Positions 29,190-39,519 of a stretch of DNA of 64,000 bases are shown here, piece by piece. Source of the DNA: an uncultured Pseudomonadales bacterium. GTDB taxonomy: Bacteria; Patescibacteriota; Microgenomatia; UBA1400; PJMF01. Where the stretch lies: positions 12,777-76,776 of the forward strand of contig CAZUHV010000003.1 of assembly GCA_964620965.1 (NCBI GenBank). The letters run 5' to 3'. How positions within the stretch are numbered: the stretch's first letter is position 1; every line of letters starts with the position of its first letter. The notes under the pieces were generated by a model. The model was not told the origin of the DNA and searched no databases. It was given only the letters and a program-made list of their open reading frames with translations. Position numbers and translations under genes: made by a program.

Positions 29190-29645
29190 ATGAAACTAGT
29201 TTCTAACTTAAAAAAAATATCAATTGTATTACTGTTATTAATTTTAGTTTGCTTTGCATCTCCTGCTGTTTCCTTTGCCCAAGAAGAAAATGGTGAAGGT
29301 AATGTAAACATGCAAGGCACAATACTTGAAGGCCCAAATAATGGCTTTTTCGACGCCATGAACCCACTTAAAACAGAGGGCTCTCCTGTAGCAGAACAAC
29401 TTTCTACACCCGGTGGAATTGTTTCTAGAGTTTTGAACTTCCTCTTTCCACTTGCTGGACTAGTCTTATTTGTAATGTTAGTCTGGGGTGGTTTTGAAAT
29501 TTTATCAAAGTCATCTCAAGGTACAAAAGGGGTCGAAGCTGGCAGAAACAGAATTACCGCAGCAATCGTTGGGTTCATTTTACTTTTTGCTACCTATTGG
29601 ATGGCTCAAATTATTGAGATTGTCTTTGGAATTGTGATCGTTTAA
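29190..29645 (+). CDS. T4SS pilin-like protein (VirB2/TrbC-type, CPR pilin family)
   Basis: The signal peptide ends SFAQ. The core is ...LVLFVMLVWGGFEILSKSSQGTKGVEAGRNRITAAIVGFILLFATYW. It starts 3 nt after the preceding gene. Confidence 0.65.
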   Translation: MKLVSNLKKISIVLLLLILVCFASPAVSFAQEENGEGNVNMQGTILEGPNNGFFDAMNPLKTEGSPVAEQLSTPGGIVSRVLNFLFPLAGLVLFVMLVWGGFEILSKSSQGTKGVEAGRNRITAAIVGFILLFATYWMAQIIEIVFGIVIV

Positions 29646-29744
29646 ATTATTGTCAAAAAAATTTGGCTAAGTAGACAAAAATTGCATCCAGCATTTTTTT
29701 TCTACTAATTTGTGTAACTCAAACTATATTTTTTTAATGAAAAA

Positions 29745-30464
29745 TCAACCTTTTCCAAAACGTCGGTTTCTTCTGTTGAATTCTAGTATCGCCGCATCTA
29801 ATTCTTTTTCATGCATATCTGGAAATGGATAATCCACAAAAATGAATTCCGAGTACTGTTGTTGCCAAGACATAAAGCCAGACATTCTTTGCTCGCCACT
29901 CGTTCGTAATATGAAATCTGGGTCGGGCATATCTGCAGTATCTAAATGACTTGCTACGACTGCATCAGTAATATCTTCTGGCTTTAATTTCCCTTCAAGA
30001 ACTTCTTGAGCAATTTTTTGGGTTGCGCGTCTAATCTCATCTCGTCCACCATAGTTCATTGCCAACGTTACCGTGATTTTAGTATTTTCTTTTGTAAGTT
30101 TTTCACCTTTAACAATTCTCTCTTGAATATCTTCCGCAAACCCAGTGATATCACCAATCATATTAAATCGAACCCCTTTTTCTTTCCAACCATCAATCTG
30201 CTTATCAAAAATATCTCTAAAAAGATTCATTAAGAAATCGACCTCTATTTTGTCACGGTCCCAATTTTCTGTACTAAAAATCCAAAAAGTTAGATATTTG
30301 ACTCCAATTTTTGCAGCATAATCAATGAGCTCTTCAAAGTTTTCTGTAACTGCTCTTTTATGTCCTGCAAAGACTTTTAACCCTCTTGCTTTTGCCCATC
30401 TTCTATTACCATCGCAAATGACTGCAATATGTGTCGGAATTTGACCTAGATCTTCTTTTTTCAT
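29745..30464 (-). CDS. uppS: Isoprenyl transferase (undecaprenyl diphosphate synthase)
   Basis: HIAVICDGNRRWA... Confidence 0.9.
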   Translation of the reverse strand: MKKEDLGQIPTHIAVICDGNRRWAKARGLKVFAGHKRAVTENFEELIDYAAKIGVKYLTFWIFSTENWDRDKIEVDFLMNLFRDIFDKQIDGWKEKGVRFNMIGDITGFAEDIQERIVKGEKLTKENTKITVTLAMNYGGRDEIRRATQKIAQEVLEGKLKPEDITDAVVASHLDTADMPDPDFILRTSGEQRMSGFMSWQQQYSEFIFVDYPFPDMHEKELDAAILEFNRRNRRFGKG

Positions 30465-30551
30465 ACTATTTTCCTTTTTTTGTTTCTCTTAGATTTTTCT
30501 AAAAATTTCATTCTTATAAAAAATCTTCTTTACTTTTCAATTTACTTAAAA

Positions 30552-31130
30552 TTAACTTTTATTCAATCCACGAACCTTAGTATACCTAAAACAACCAATA
30601 GTGTGATCATTAACCATTCCAGTTGCCTGCATATGTGCATAGATAATTGTTGGCCCAACAAAAGTAAAACCTCTTTTCTTCAAATCGTTGCTAATTTTTT
30701 GTGATAGTTCCGTTTGAGCAGGATACTCTGAAACAGATTCCCAGTTATTTTGTATCGGCTTATTGTTCACGAACTGCCAAATATACTTACTAAAACTGCC
30801 AAACTCTTCTTGAACTTTTATAAATGCTCGCGCATTAGTAACTGCAGATTTTACTTTTAATCTATTTCTAATAATTGCTGAGTTTTGCAATAATTTTTCT
30901 ACTTCTTTTTCATCAAACTTTGCAACTTTCTGTACATCCCAATTCGCAAATGCCTTTTTATATCCATCACGGCGTTTTAAAATTGTATCCCAAGATAATC
31001 CTGCTTGAGCTCCTTCTAAAACTAAAAACTCAAATAACGTTACATCATCAAAAACAGGAACTCCCCATTCTGTATCATGATACTTCTCATAAACTTCATT
31101 ATTTTTAGGAACCCAACTACATCGGTGCAT
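30552..31130 (-). CDS. tag: DNA-3-methyladenine glycosylase I
   Basis: RCSWVPKNNEVYEKYHDTEWGVPVFDD... is typical of Tag. Confidence 0.85.
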   Translation of the reverse strand: MHRCSWVPKNNEVYEKYHDTEWGVPVFDDVTLFEFLVLEGAQAGLSWDTILKRRDGYKKAFANWDVQKVAKFDEKEVEKLLQNSAIIRNRLKVKSAVTNARAFIKVQEEFGSFSKYIWQFVNNKPIQNNWESVSEYPAQTELSQKISNDLKKRGFTFVGPTIIYAHMQATGMVNDHTIGCFRYTKVRGLNKS

Positions 31131-31131
31131 A

Positions 31132-31701
31132 TTATTTGAAAAAACTAACTTGTAATTTTCCGTTAATAATTTGTTTTATTATTGGTAAGTATTTTTCGTT
31201 AAAGCTTTCTCCACTAGAAATCATTTTTTCTAACTCAATAAGAGAAACAACTCTCGTTGCAGAAACTTCTGCTTCATCAAATTCTATTTTTTCTCCAGAA
31301 TATTTTCCAATAAAGTAGTACATAAAATGAGATTCATGTGAGTACTCAACATATTGTTTCATTAAAAAATCCAGATGGATATTTTTTAAACCATACTCTT
31401 CTTTTAATTCAATGTACGCAATTTTTTCTGGATTTTCACCTGCTGGGATATGTCCTGCTAAGACAGACCACATATTTGGGTGCACCGTTTTATATGTACT
31501 TCGTTTTTGAATAACAAAATTTTTATTTTCATCAAAAAGCAAGACCGATATTTCACGATGCGTTAACTTGGGATCTTTGTTTGCAATCTCCCTATTAACA
31601 GTACCAATGACTTGATCATTACTATCAACTAAATCTAACAATTCTTTTGGAGAATTTGCTTTTTCGAAATTTTGATCGCTAGTTCTGCTCTTATTACTCA
31701 T
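31132..31701 (-). CDS. Nudix hydrolase
   Basis: Nudix box ...GHIPAGENPEKIAYIELKEEYGL. Confidence 0.6.
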   Translation of the reverse strand: MSNKSRTSDQNFEKANSPKELLDLVDSNDQVIGTVNREIANKDPKLTHREISVLLFDENKNFVIQKRSTYKTVHPNMWSVLAGHIPAGENPEKIAYIELKEEYGLKNIHLDFLMKQYVEYSHESHFMYYFIGKYSGEKIEFDEAEVSATRVVSLIELEKMISSGESFNEKYLPIIKQIINGKLQVSFFK

Positions 31702-31718
31702 TCTTCAAAACCTTTAGC

Positions 31719-32708
31719 TTAAAACAAATGCTCTTGAATTTCTTTTGGCTTATCACCCACTTTTGCAGTTAGTGTTTTTACAACTAAGGACAAATTATTT
31801 AATCGTTCCTGCACTGCATCTTGGAATTTAGGTAAAGTCAAAATATGTAAATTAAAGCCAGTGTTAATAGTAAAATAACACTCAATTCCTTCTTCACGTA
31901 ATTTTTCGACCTCTTGCATTACCTGCAAAGTGCCTGGATACCATAAAATTAAAGGAACCTCACTTGTTAGTAAAATGCTATGAAATTCTAGCGCTTCTGC
32001 TTCAACAATCTTTCCTAGTTTTGTAAAATTCTTTTCTTTGATAGCAGATTTAACTGCTTCAATTTTTGCTTTGATATTATTTTGTCTTACCTCAAAAAAT
32101 GGGCTTGATTGTGCAGATTCATGTCCTTCAGTTGAGCTAATTTTTTTTTGGCCTTCATCTACTACTGCAACAACATCCCTAATATCCCAATGATCTTTGT
32201 CGAAAATTGTATGTGAATATGAAGTTTCTGAAGTATCTCCGTCTAACCATTCAACAAATCCCCCACATGCACATCTGCAAGCTGTTCCAGAAGCTTGTCG
32301 AGACAAAATACTCAATTCTTTTTCAGATAATTCTAAATCCAATGCTTTTGCAGCTGCATAGGTAAGTGCTGCCATACCAGAACCAGAACTAGAAAGTCCT
32401 GTTCCTCTTGGAAAAGTGTTTTTTGAAACAACTTTTGCTTTCAAATCTACGTTTGCTAGTTTTCGCATTCTATCAAGATGTTTTATAACTCGTTTCGCTT
32501 CTCTGGAAATTACTTCAATTTTTTTATCTTGAATGTACACTTCATCTTCAGAGAATGATTCACTAAACTCAACTGTTGTAATGGTATCCATGCCATCTAA
32601 AATGATTGAAATGCTACCATTTTCAGGTAGACGCAAAACTTCATCTTTTTTACCCCAATACTTGACCAAAGCAATATCACTAGAAGCTTTAATTGTCGTT
32701 TTTCTCAT
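31719..32708 (-). CDS. mvaD: Diphosphomevalonate decarboxylase
   Basis: ...IALVKYWGKKDE... The ORF track starts at 32768. The internal Met at 32708 (MRKTTIKAS) has an AGGA Shine-Dalgarno and avoids a 56-nt overlap with the upstream gene. Confidence 0.8.
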   Translation of the reverse strand: MRKTTIKASSDIALVKYWGKKDEVLRLPENGSISIILDGMDTITTVEFSESFSEDEVYIQDKKIEVISREAKRVIKHLDRMRKLANVDLKAKVVSKNTFPRGTGLSSSGSGMAALTYAAAKALDLELSEKELSILSRQASGTACRCACGGFVEWLDGDTSETSYSHTIFDKDHWDIRDVVAVVDEGQKKISSTEGHESAQSSPFFEVRQNNIKAKIEAVKSAIKEKNFTKLGKIVEAEALEFHSILLTSEVPLILWYPGTLQVMQEVEKLREEGIECYFTINTGFNLHILTLPKFQDAVQERLNNLSLVVKTLTAKVGDKPKEIQEHLF

Positions 32709-32712
32709 AAAA

Positions 32713-33714
32713 TTATTCCTCTGTCTTGCTTTCGATTCTGACACCTTCAGCATTAATAGCAACATCAATTACTTTACCATCGATTTTTTCTAATTCTTCT
32801 CTAACATTTTCTAATTTGTCTTCACTAGCAACGGCTAAAATACAGTCCCCACCTGCTGCGCCAGAAGAAGTTGCACCATATGCACCCGCGTCAATGGCTG
32901 TAGAAATGAGCTGTTCAAGTCTATTATTACTCACACCTAACTCTCGAGCACATTCTTGAGATTCATTAAATAAATCTCCAATTTTTTTCCAATCACTATG
33001 TTCTGCAGACTCGACAAAATCTTCTGCAACTGCAGCAATGCGTTTAAAAACTGTGTCAATTTTTTCTGGATTTTTTTCTAATTTACTATTTACAACCCTG
33101 ATAAGGGTTGGAGTATCAGCTTTTTCTCCAGAGTATGCAATTACTAATGGAATGTTTTTTGCCTTTATTTCCTTAACAACTTTCGCAGGACTTACATAGT
33201 ATAGTGAGCCTCCCCAAATTGCGGCAGCCAGATCATACCCAGATCCAACACCTTGAACTTCAATTACTGCTTCATAACATAAGTCAAATAATTCCTGATT
33301 TGTAAGCTCCAAACCATATAAAGTTGTTAGGGCTTTTGCAAATGCTACTGTTACCGCACTACTTGAACCAAAACCATAGGTACTAGAAAAATCACTTCTT
33401 GTTGTGACAATAATACCTTCTTTTTGTGGATGTAATTTCAAAAAATTCTTATACAAAATTTCGATAAATCGAACGGCCTTTGGTAAGTCTTTTTTACCTA
33501 GATCTGCCATGCTTTTTGTATATGACGACAAACCTAAATCTGGAGCGTCTAAATGAAACACATCAACTCCATTCTTTGTAACTGTAGCAAATAAACGCTG
33601 GTCAACTGCTGTAACTACAGTTGGATATCCATGAACAACTGCATATCCAACAGAAAGCATTAATTTTCCAGGAGCAGAAGCAGTAACTTGTTTTATATTT
33701 TTATTTTTGATCAT
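32713..33714 (-). CDS. Phosphomevalonate kinase (GHMP kinase)
   Basis: SAPGKLMLSVGYAVVHG...GFGSSSAVTVA. Confidence 0.65.
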   Translation of the reverse strand: MIKNKNIKQVTASAPGKLMLSVGYAVVHGYPTVVTAVDQRLFATVTKNGVDVFHLDAPDLGLSSYTKSMADLGKKDLPKAVRFIEILYKNFLKLHPQKEGIIVTTRSDFSSTYGFGSSSAVTVAFAKALTTLYGLELTNQELFDLCYEAVIEVQGVGSGYDLAAAIWGGSLYYVSPAKVVKEIKAKNIPLVIAYSGEKADTPTLIRVVNSKLEKNPEKIDTVFKRIAAVAEDFVESAEHSDWKKIGDLFNESQECARELGVSNNRLEQLISTAIDAGAYGATSSGAAGGDCILAVASEDKLENVREELEKIDGKVIDVAINAEGVRIESKTEE

Positions 33715-33731
33715 AATCTAAACAGAACTTT

Positions 33732-34604
33732 CTATTTTACCTCAGTTTCAATATTTTCCCAAGCATTTTCCTTACATAAATTGTTTACACTACTCAAATC
33801 TTTTGAGTATACAAGCAACCAACCAGAACCTGTTTGAATTCCACCAGCTCCGGTAATTTTTACATGAGCATCTGTTTTCCTAATTTCTGCAATCATTTTT
33901 TTTGCAGTTTCTCCAACAACTCCAAGTTTTTCCAGTTCCGTTTGGTTTTTATCTAATAAATCTCCAGAAAATATACCAGTATTGAGTTCTGCATATATGC
34001 TTTTACTAATTTTGCCAATTTTTTGTATGGTTTTTTTTAGTTCAGGCTCCTTTTTAATTTTTCCTGCAACAAACGAAACCATTTCTCCCGTAGACTCTGT
34101 TGCTTTTCCAGAATTGATTAACAAAAAAACATATTTTTTTGGCAAACTCATTTTTCGTTTTTCAAACTTTCCAGTTTCTAAATCTCGTCTAAATGAGTGC
34201 ACTCCTCCATATACAACTGCACAGGGATCAATTCCGCTAGGTTTTTTATGGATAAAAACTTCTGAATCAAGAACTAACTGAAACATTTCATCTTTTGGAA
34301 TAGAAATATTAAAAAAATCAGCCAGTGCTTGTAATACAGCATGTGCAAAAGCAGCAGAAGAACCAAGCCCAGAATTTTCTGGTATTTCTGATTTTACCTG
34401 TAACTTCAAAAATGAAGTATCTACACCATATTCTTTTTCAAATAAATCTAAAATATGTGATTCATACTCAGATCTTTCTGGTTTTATAGCAACTTTAGAA
34501 ACTGTAACAGTAATTGTTTTTTTCAAACTAGAAACTAGAGCTAATTCTCCGTGTACAACACTATGCTCCCCAGTAATAATGAATTTTCCGTAACTTTGAT
34601 TCAT
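33732..34604 (-). CDS. Mevalonate kinase (GHMP kinase)
   Basis: GKFIITGEHSVVHG...GLGSSAAFAHAV. Confidence 0.7.
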   Translation of the reverse strand: MNQSYGKFIITGEHSVVHGELALVSSLKKTITVTVSKVAIKPERSEYESHILDLFEKEYGVDTSFLKLQVKSEIPENSGLGSSAAFAHAVLQALADFFNISIPKDEMFQLVLDSEVFIHKKPSGIDPCAVVYGGVHSFRRDLETGKFEKRKMSLPKKYVFLLINSGKATESTGEMVSFVAGKIKKEPELKKTIQKIGKISKSIYAELNTGIFSGDLLDKNQTELEKLGVVGETAKKMIAEIRKTDAHVKITGAGGIQTGSGWLLVYSKDLSSVNNLCKENAWENIETEVK

Positions 34605-34740
34605 AAAAAAATTCTCAATAAATTGAGATATACATATAGTCGTAAAAAAATCTTAAAATCATGCAAATTACTTATTAAAATTGAACTTGTTGGAGCAAAA
34701 TTTCTATCTAATATAGCAAAAAACTATATTTATAAGAAAA

Positions 34741-35037
34741 CTATAATTTAACAGCCTTGAGGGTATATGGAATTATCGATATTTGATCTGGAATTTCAGC
34801 TTTTCGTAGTTCTAATCGAACCTGATCACCTATTTCAAATATTATTTGAGCCTCTCCCATAACTTCAATTTTTTTTCCAGAATCTAAAACTACAAGTAAA
34901 AAACAGTACGGCAAGAATGGTTCAAGTTCTGGAGTTGTTACCTCGACCTTTGTTACAAACTCAACAACACCAGTTTTACCTAGTAACTTATGCCAATTTT
35001 GACTTTCTCTATAGTACTTTGCAGGATATGCACTCAT
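34741..35037 (-). CDS. DUF35 OB-fold protein, small partner of archaeal-type thiolase/HMG-CoA synthase
   Basis: 98-aa ORF lying immediately downstream of the thiolase. The sequence is OB-fold-like. Confidence 0.5.
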   Translation of the reverse strand: MSAYPAKYYRESQNWHKLLGKTGVVEFVTKVEVTTPELEPFLPYCFLLVVLDSGKKIEVMGEAQIIFEIGDQVRLELRKAEIPDQISIIPYTLKAVKL

Positions 35038-35051
35038 CTTTTACCTCAACT

Positions 35052-36290
35052 TTACTGTTGTATCTCTTTACTCAAAATATGCACTACCGCTGTTGCCCCA
35101 CTTCCCCCAACATTATGTGCAAGTGCATATATTTTTTTACTCGATTTAGATTTATTTTGCGTTGATCCATTTTTTTCATAAGACTTTTCTAGTAATTGTG
35201 CCAAAAATGCAACTTGTTTTACTCCAGTAGCACCAACTGGATGTCCGCATGCTTTTAAACCTCCAGATGGGTTTATCACAACAGAACCACCATAGGTTGT
35301 TTGCCCATCAGCAACAGCCACCCCTCCCTTACCCTTTTTGAAAAAACCTAAGTCTTCGATTGCCAAAATTTCTGCAATCGTAAAACAATCATGAACTTCA
35401 GCATACGAAATATCTTTCGCAGATATATTGGCTTGTGTATATGCCTGTTGTGCCGCCAGCTTTGTTGCTCGTAACTCAAGTAACGACTCTCTGTCTGCAA
35501 GAGCTAGCGTGTCTTGGGCATGGCCAACAGCTTCAATTACAACTTTCTTGGAATATTTTTTGATATCTTTTGTGGTTAATATAACTGCAGCGGCACCATC
35601 AGAAATTGGTGAACAATCAAAAATTCGCAGAGGTTCTGCCACCATAGTACTTTTGCTAATCACTTCAACAGGAATTTCTTTTCTAAACTGAGCAGTTTTA
35701 TTTCCTAAAGCATGTATGTGATTTTTGTGTGCAACTTGAGAAAGTTGTTCCCTCGTTGTGCCAAACTCATTCATGTGAGCTTGAGCAAGTAATCCATACA
35801 ATGCAGGGAAAGTACTCCCAAACTCTTTTTGATACTCACTGGCTCCTGCAAGAATTTTTGTGGATTCTCCGACAGAAACATCTGTCATTTTTTCTGCACC
35901 AACTACAAGTACTGTTTTGTATTTGCCAGCTTGTAAGGCTGTTTCTGCTAGTTCAAGTGCAATACTTCCAGATGCACAAGCTGCCTCAACCCTAAATGCT
36001 GGCGGATTATGAGGTAACATCTGAGAAACTAGTGCATTTAAGTGGGATTGGTTCGCAAACTCACCTCCAGACATGTTTGCAACAAATACTGCATCAATCT
36101 CCAAAGAATTAAACTTCGACTGAGGCAACTTTATTCCATATTCATGTGTAACTACTCTATTTTTAAACGTAACACCATCTATCGAGTTTAGAGCTCCAAA
36201 CACAGCTTCTTCAAACAAACTCTCTAACGACCTCTGCCACAGCTCGCCAAACTTTGTTATATAGCTGCCAATTATTCTAATTTTTTTCAT
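35052..36290 (-). CDS. Acetyl-CoA C-acetyltransferase (thiolase, archaeal/SCP-x-like type)
   Basis: Thiolase fold with active-site Cys near AACASGS and C-terminal ...GHPVGATG. Confidence 0.8.
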   Translation of the reverse strand: MKKIRIIGSYITKFGELWQRSLESLFEEAVFGALNSIDGVTFKNRVVTHEYGIKLPQSKFNSLEIDAVFVANMSGGEFANQSHLNALVSQMLPHNPPAFRVEAACASGSIALELAETALQAGKYKTVLVVGAEKMTDVSVGESTKILAGASEYQKEFGSTFPALYGLLAQAHMNEFGTTREQLSQVAHKNHIHALGNKTAQFRKEIPVEVISKSTMVAEPLRIFDCSPISDGAAAVILTTKDIKKYSKKVVIEAVGHAQDTLALADRESLLELRATKLAAQQAYTQANISAKDISYAEVHDCFTIAEILAIEDLGFFKKGKGGVAVADGQTTYGGSVVINPSGGLKACGHPVGATGVKQVAFLAQLLEKSYEKNGSTQNKSKSSKKIYALAHNVGGSGATAVVHILSKEIQQ

Positions 36291-36333
36291 GTATTACTTT
36301 TTTGCTTAACTTCCGCCTGTGCATTTTTACCTA

Positions 36334-37434
36334 TTAGCTTTTCTTTTGCCAACTCTTTCTTGCTAAAACTAACTGTTTTGTAGTCTCAAAAATAAATGCA
36401 TCACTCCCAGAACCAGATCCATATGATGCAACCAATATTTTTTTATTCTCTTTTGCTACTTCTAATGTATTTGCCAATCCCAACATACTCGCACCAGCAT
36501 ACGTATTTCCAATAGTCTTTACTAACAAACTAGGCTCTAATTTTTCTAATGGTATTTCCATTTTCTTTGCAAAAGCTGTTGGGAACTTTTCATTTGGAGT
36601 ATGAAACACAAAATAATCTATATCTGAAATTTTCAAACCAGTCTCTTGTAAAATTTGTGAAACAGAAAGAAAAATATGTTTAAAATATCCCGGTTCTGCG
36701 GTAAACCTTCCCGCATGTTCAGGATGTTCTTGTTGTGGTCTTCTCCAAAAATCAGGTGTATCTGTTGCAACTGAAGTTGTTGCTAATAACCTTGCAAGCA
36801 ATCTATTTTCTTTTTTACCACTCGATTCTGAACCTAAAATAAATGCCGCTCCACCGGCAGATGCTGTATATTCAAGTACATCTCCAGATTTTGCCTGAGC
36901 AGTATCTGCTCCTATCGCTAATGCATAATCAGAAAAACCAGAAAGTACATATAGAGCAGAAATTTGCAAAGCTTGAGTTCCAGCCTTACACGCAAACTGT
37001 AGGTCTGCTAAAGCAAGTGGTTTTACAAGATTACTAGAATTATCACTTACAAAGCCTTCATTTTCAATAAAACTGTCTGATGCAATTCCAAGTGCTTGAG
37101 CTACGACTGTTCCCGAAGGCTTAACTGCATACGGATGACTTTCACTCCCAATAAAAATTGCTCCAATTTGCTTTTTTACAGCGCCAACTAAGCCGCCTCT
37201 GTTACCAACTAAACCTTCTAACCTTTGGATCGCTTCAAATCCAGCCGCTGTTGCAATAGTAATAGTGTCTTCATCACTGTTTGGAACGCTTTTAGAAATA
37301 ACTCCTAAAGATGCGTAAATCTTTTGGGTTTCTTTTCCTTGTTTTTTGGCAATTTTTGCACCAGTTATTCTTTCCTTTGGAATTCTCAGTCCATACGAAA
37401 CAATGCCAACTGGTTTTTTACTAGTAAAAATCAT
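36334..37434 (-). CDS. Hydroxymethylglutaryl-CoA synthase (archaeal-type)
   Basis: Thiolase-like condensing-enzyme fold. Position between the thiolase and HMGR genes. ...GSESHPYAVKP... Confidence 0.7.
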   Translation of the reverse strand: MIFTSKKPVGIVSYGLRIPKERITGAKIAKKQGKETQKIYASLGVISKSVPNSDEDTITIATAAGFEAIQRLEGLVGNRGGLVGAVKKQIGAIFIGSESHPYAVKPSGTVVAQALGIASDSFIENEGFVSDNSSNLVKPLALADLQFACKAGTQALQISALYVLSGFSDYALAIGADTAQAKSGDVLEYTASAGGAAFILGSESSGKKENRLLARLLATTSVATDTPDFWRRPQQEHPEHAGRFTAEPGYFKHIFLSVSQILQETGLKISDIDYFVFHTPNEKFPTAFAKKMEIPLEKLEPSLLVKTIGNTYAGASMLGLANTLEVAKENKKILVASYGSGSGSDAFIFETTKQLVLARKSWQKKS

Positions 37435-37442
37435 ATATTTTT

Positions 37443-38735
37443 CTAAGATTTTGTAAGTTTTGCTCTTCCAAGTTTTTTGTGAGCACTTGCCAGAGTGTCT
37501 GTTGTTAGAGCAGCCAAACCAGAAATTTCTCCGGCAAGAGCTGCTATACCTGCCCCTATCGCTAAGTCTTCTGCTTTTACTTCAATTTGTTTTTTTATTG
37601 TTTTTCCATTATTTTTTTCTACTTCTTGTATGTCTTCTTGCCCTGAAAAATTTCTCAGCAGAAACCTTGCCTGAGTTTGTTTTGGTAACCAAGTTCCACC
37701 TCCTACACTTCCAACACTTACATTTGGTAAAGTGAGCGCTACATACAAAAAATCATCAACTACTTCAAAATGAACACTTGCTTCACTCCCTGCAACTACA
37801 TGTGCAATATCCTGGCCAGTTGCTAGATAAAAGGCTCCTAAAGCATTCGCTACGTGCATATTTTGAGCAAACGAACCTGCAACATTACTCCCAATCACAT
37901 TTTTTACTAAATGTGTTTTTACGAGTCTCTTTGCGTCAACTTTTAGTAAAGGCTCTACATCAATAAGCTTAATTTTTGTTTCGACTGTTACAAAATATCC
38001 ACGTCCCTTGATTCTATTGATCATTGAATCTTTTTTATCTGTACACACATTCCCGGAAACAGTTAGTAAAGAAACCCAAATAGAATCGGGAAGTTGACGC
38101 TTAAACTTATCCCAGGCATATGAAAGTGCAATTGTAACCATGTTCATCCCCATTGCCTGATCTGTATCAAATACAAATCGGTAGTACAAAAGCTTATCTC
38201 GCATATATGATTCATAACTTAAAAATTTTAGGTGAGAACTCGTTTCTTCACAAAATTGAGCAAAAAGTGAGATGTTTTTTGAAAAATATTCCTCAAAAAT
38301 GACCGCGTCCTCTATTGAACCGCACTCGAAAACTACCGATCTACTCATGCCAATTTTCTTAACAATCACGGTTGTTTTTCCAGAATTTAAAACTTTAACT
38401 CCTCGTTGTATCGAAGCAACAAGTGCTCCTTCTGTTGTAGCAAGAGGAATAAAAAATGTCTTTTTTTCTTCTGATTTATCAGATTTAGTTGCATCAGAAA
38501 TATAAACTGATGTAACTGTGACTGGACCAGCAACTCCAACAGGAACCTCTACAGACCCAATATAATTTTCGCAGTTTTTTGTTCCAACTTCCTGAGGTAA
38601 ACTCGTCTCAAACAAAACATTCAGTTCTTTTTTAGAAATATCTGTAGCATCACAAATAAATTCTTGCCTTAATTCGCGTTTTTGATCTTCAGATAGTGTT
38701 TTGTCTCTAATATACAAAGACTGAGTTTTCGTCAC
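37443..38735 (-). CDS. Hydroxymethylglutaryl-CoA reductase (class I type)
   Basis: ...TTEGALVASIQRG..., DQAMGMNMV and GTVGG motifs. Confidence 0.85.
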   Translation of the reverse strand: MTKTQSLYIRDKTLSEDQKRELRQEFICDATDISKKELNVLFETSLPQEVGTKNCENYIGSVEVPVGVAGPVTVTSVYISDATKSDKSEEKKTFFIPLATTEGALVASIQRGVKVLNSGKTTVIVKKIGMSRSVVFECGSIEDAVIFEEYFSKNISLFAQFCEETSSHLKFLSYESYMRDKLLYYRFVFDTDQAMGMNMVTIALSYAWDKFKRQLPDSIWVSLLTVSGNVCTDKKDSMINRIKGRGYFVTVETKIKLIDVEPLLKVDAKRLVKTHLVKNVIGSNVAGSFAQNMHVANALGAFYLATGQDIAHVVAGSEASVHFEVVDDFLYVALTLPNVSVGSVGGGTWLPKQTQARFLLRNFSGQEDIQEVEKNNGKTIKKQIEVKAEDLAIGAGIAALAGEISGLAALTTDTLASAHKKLGRAKLTKS

Positions 38736-38839
38736 AAAACATTAGTCGGAAAAACAAACAATATTCACGCAAAATTTAAATCATTACTCAAAACTAATTA
38801 AGTAAAAAAAACCAATTTTCACTTTGTTTTCAGCGAATA

Positions 38840-39514
38840 CTATGAAAAAAGTTCTTTAAAAGCATCAAAAAGTCGTGCGTTTTTTAACATTAAAACTGTC
38901 CAAGGAGCTAATAAAAATTCTTTTTCAGAAACAATGACTTGTACCGTTGGTGTTTTTTCTTTTAATTCCCGAGTATCAAGAATAGCAAGCGTTTGTTCTG
39001 CGGCTATGTACTCCATTGTTGATACTGTTGAATATAGTTCTTTGAAATCAACCCAGCACACTTCACTTACTTCTTCCTTATTTATATGAAGCTGTTGGTT
39101 TAATAAACCAACATACACTTGGTCTATTTCGTGTTCACCATAGATATCATTTCCATATGCTTTATAAGAAAACTTAAAAGTTGGCTTTACAGAAACTCCT
39201 TTTAATCCTAACTCTTTATCCAGCCTTCTGTTTACACAATCATAAAAGGTTTCAGTTGGCCAAGCGTTTCCACAGGCAGAGTTTGCCCACCATCCGGCAC
39301 CAACAATTTTTTTATCACTTCTTTTTTGTAATAATACTTCACCCTTTGAATTAAATAACCAAACAGAAATTGCTAAGTGCAGTTTTGAAGGGTATTTATG
39401 AGCCTCAAATTTATCTTCTGGACCAATAAATGTGCCATCTGGCTCGACCAAACTTACTTCATCTTTTGCTATGAGTATCTCTCGTATTGTTTTATTTTGT
39501 GTGTCTGTATTCAT
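38840..39514 (-). CDS. idi: Isopentenyl-diphosphate delta-isomerase, type 1 (Nudix fold)
   Basis: ...SVWLFNSKGEVLLQKRS...WANSACGNAWPTE...RRLDKELGL. Confidence 0.7.
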   Translation of the reverse strand: MNTDTQNKTIREILIAKDEVSLVEPDGTFIGPEDKFEAHKYPSKLHLAISVWLFNSKGEVLLQKRSDKKIVGAGWWANSACGNAWPTETFYDCVNRRLDKELGLKGVSVKPTFKFSYKAYGNDIYGEHEIDQVYVGLLNQQLHINKEEVSEVCWVDFKELYSTVSTMEYIAAEQTLAILDTRELKEKTPTVQVIVSEKEFLLAPWTVLMLKNARLFDAFKELFS

Positions 39515-39519
39515 AAAAA

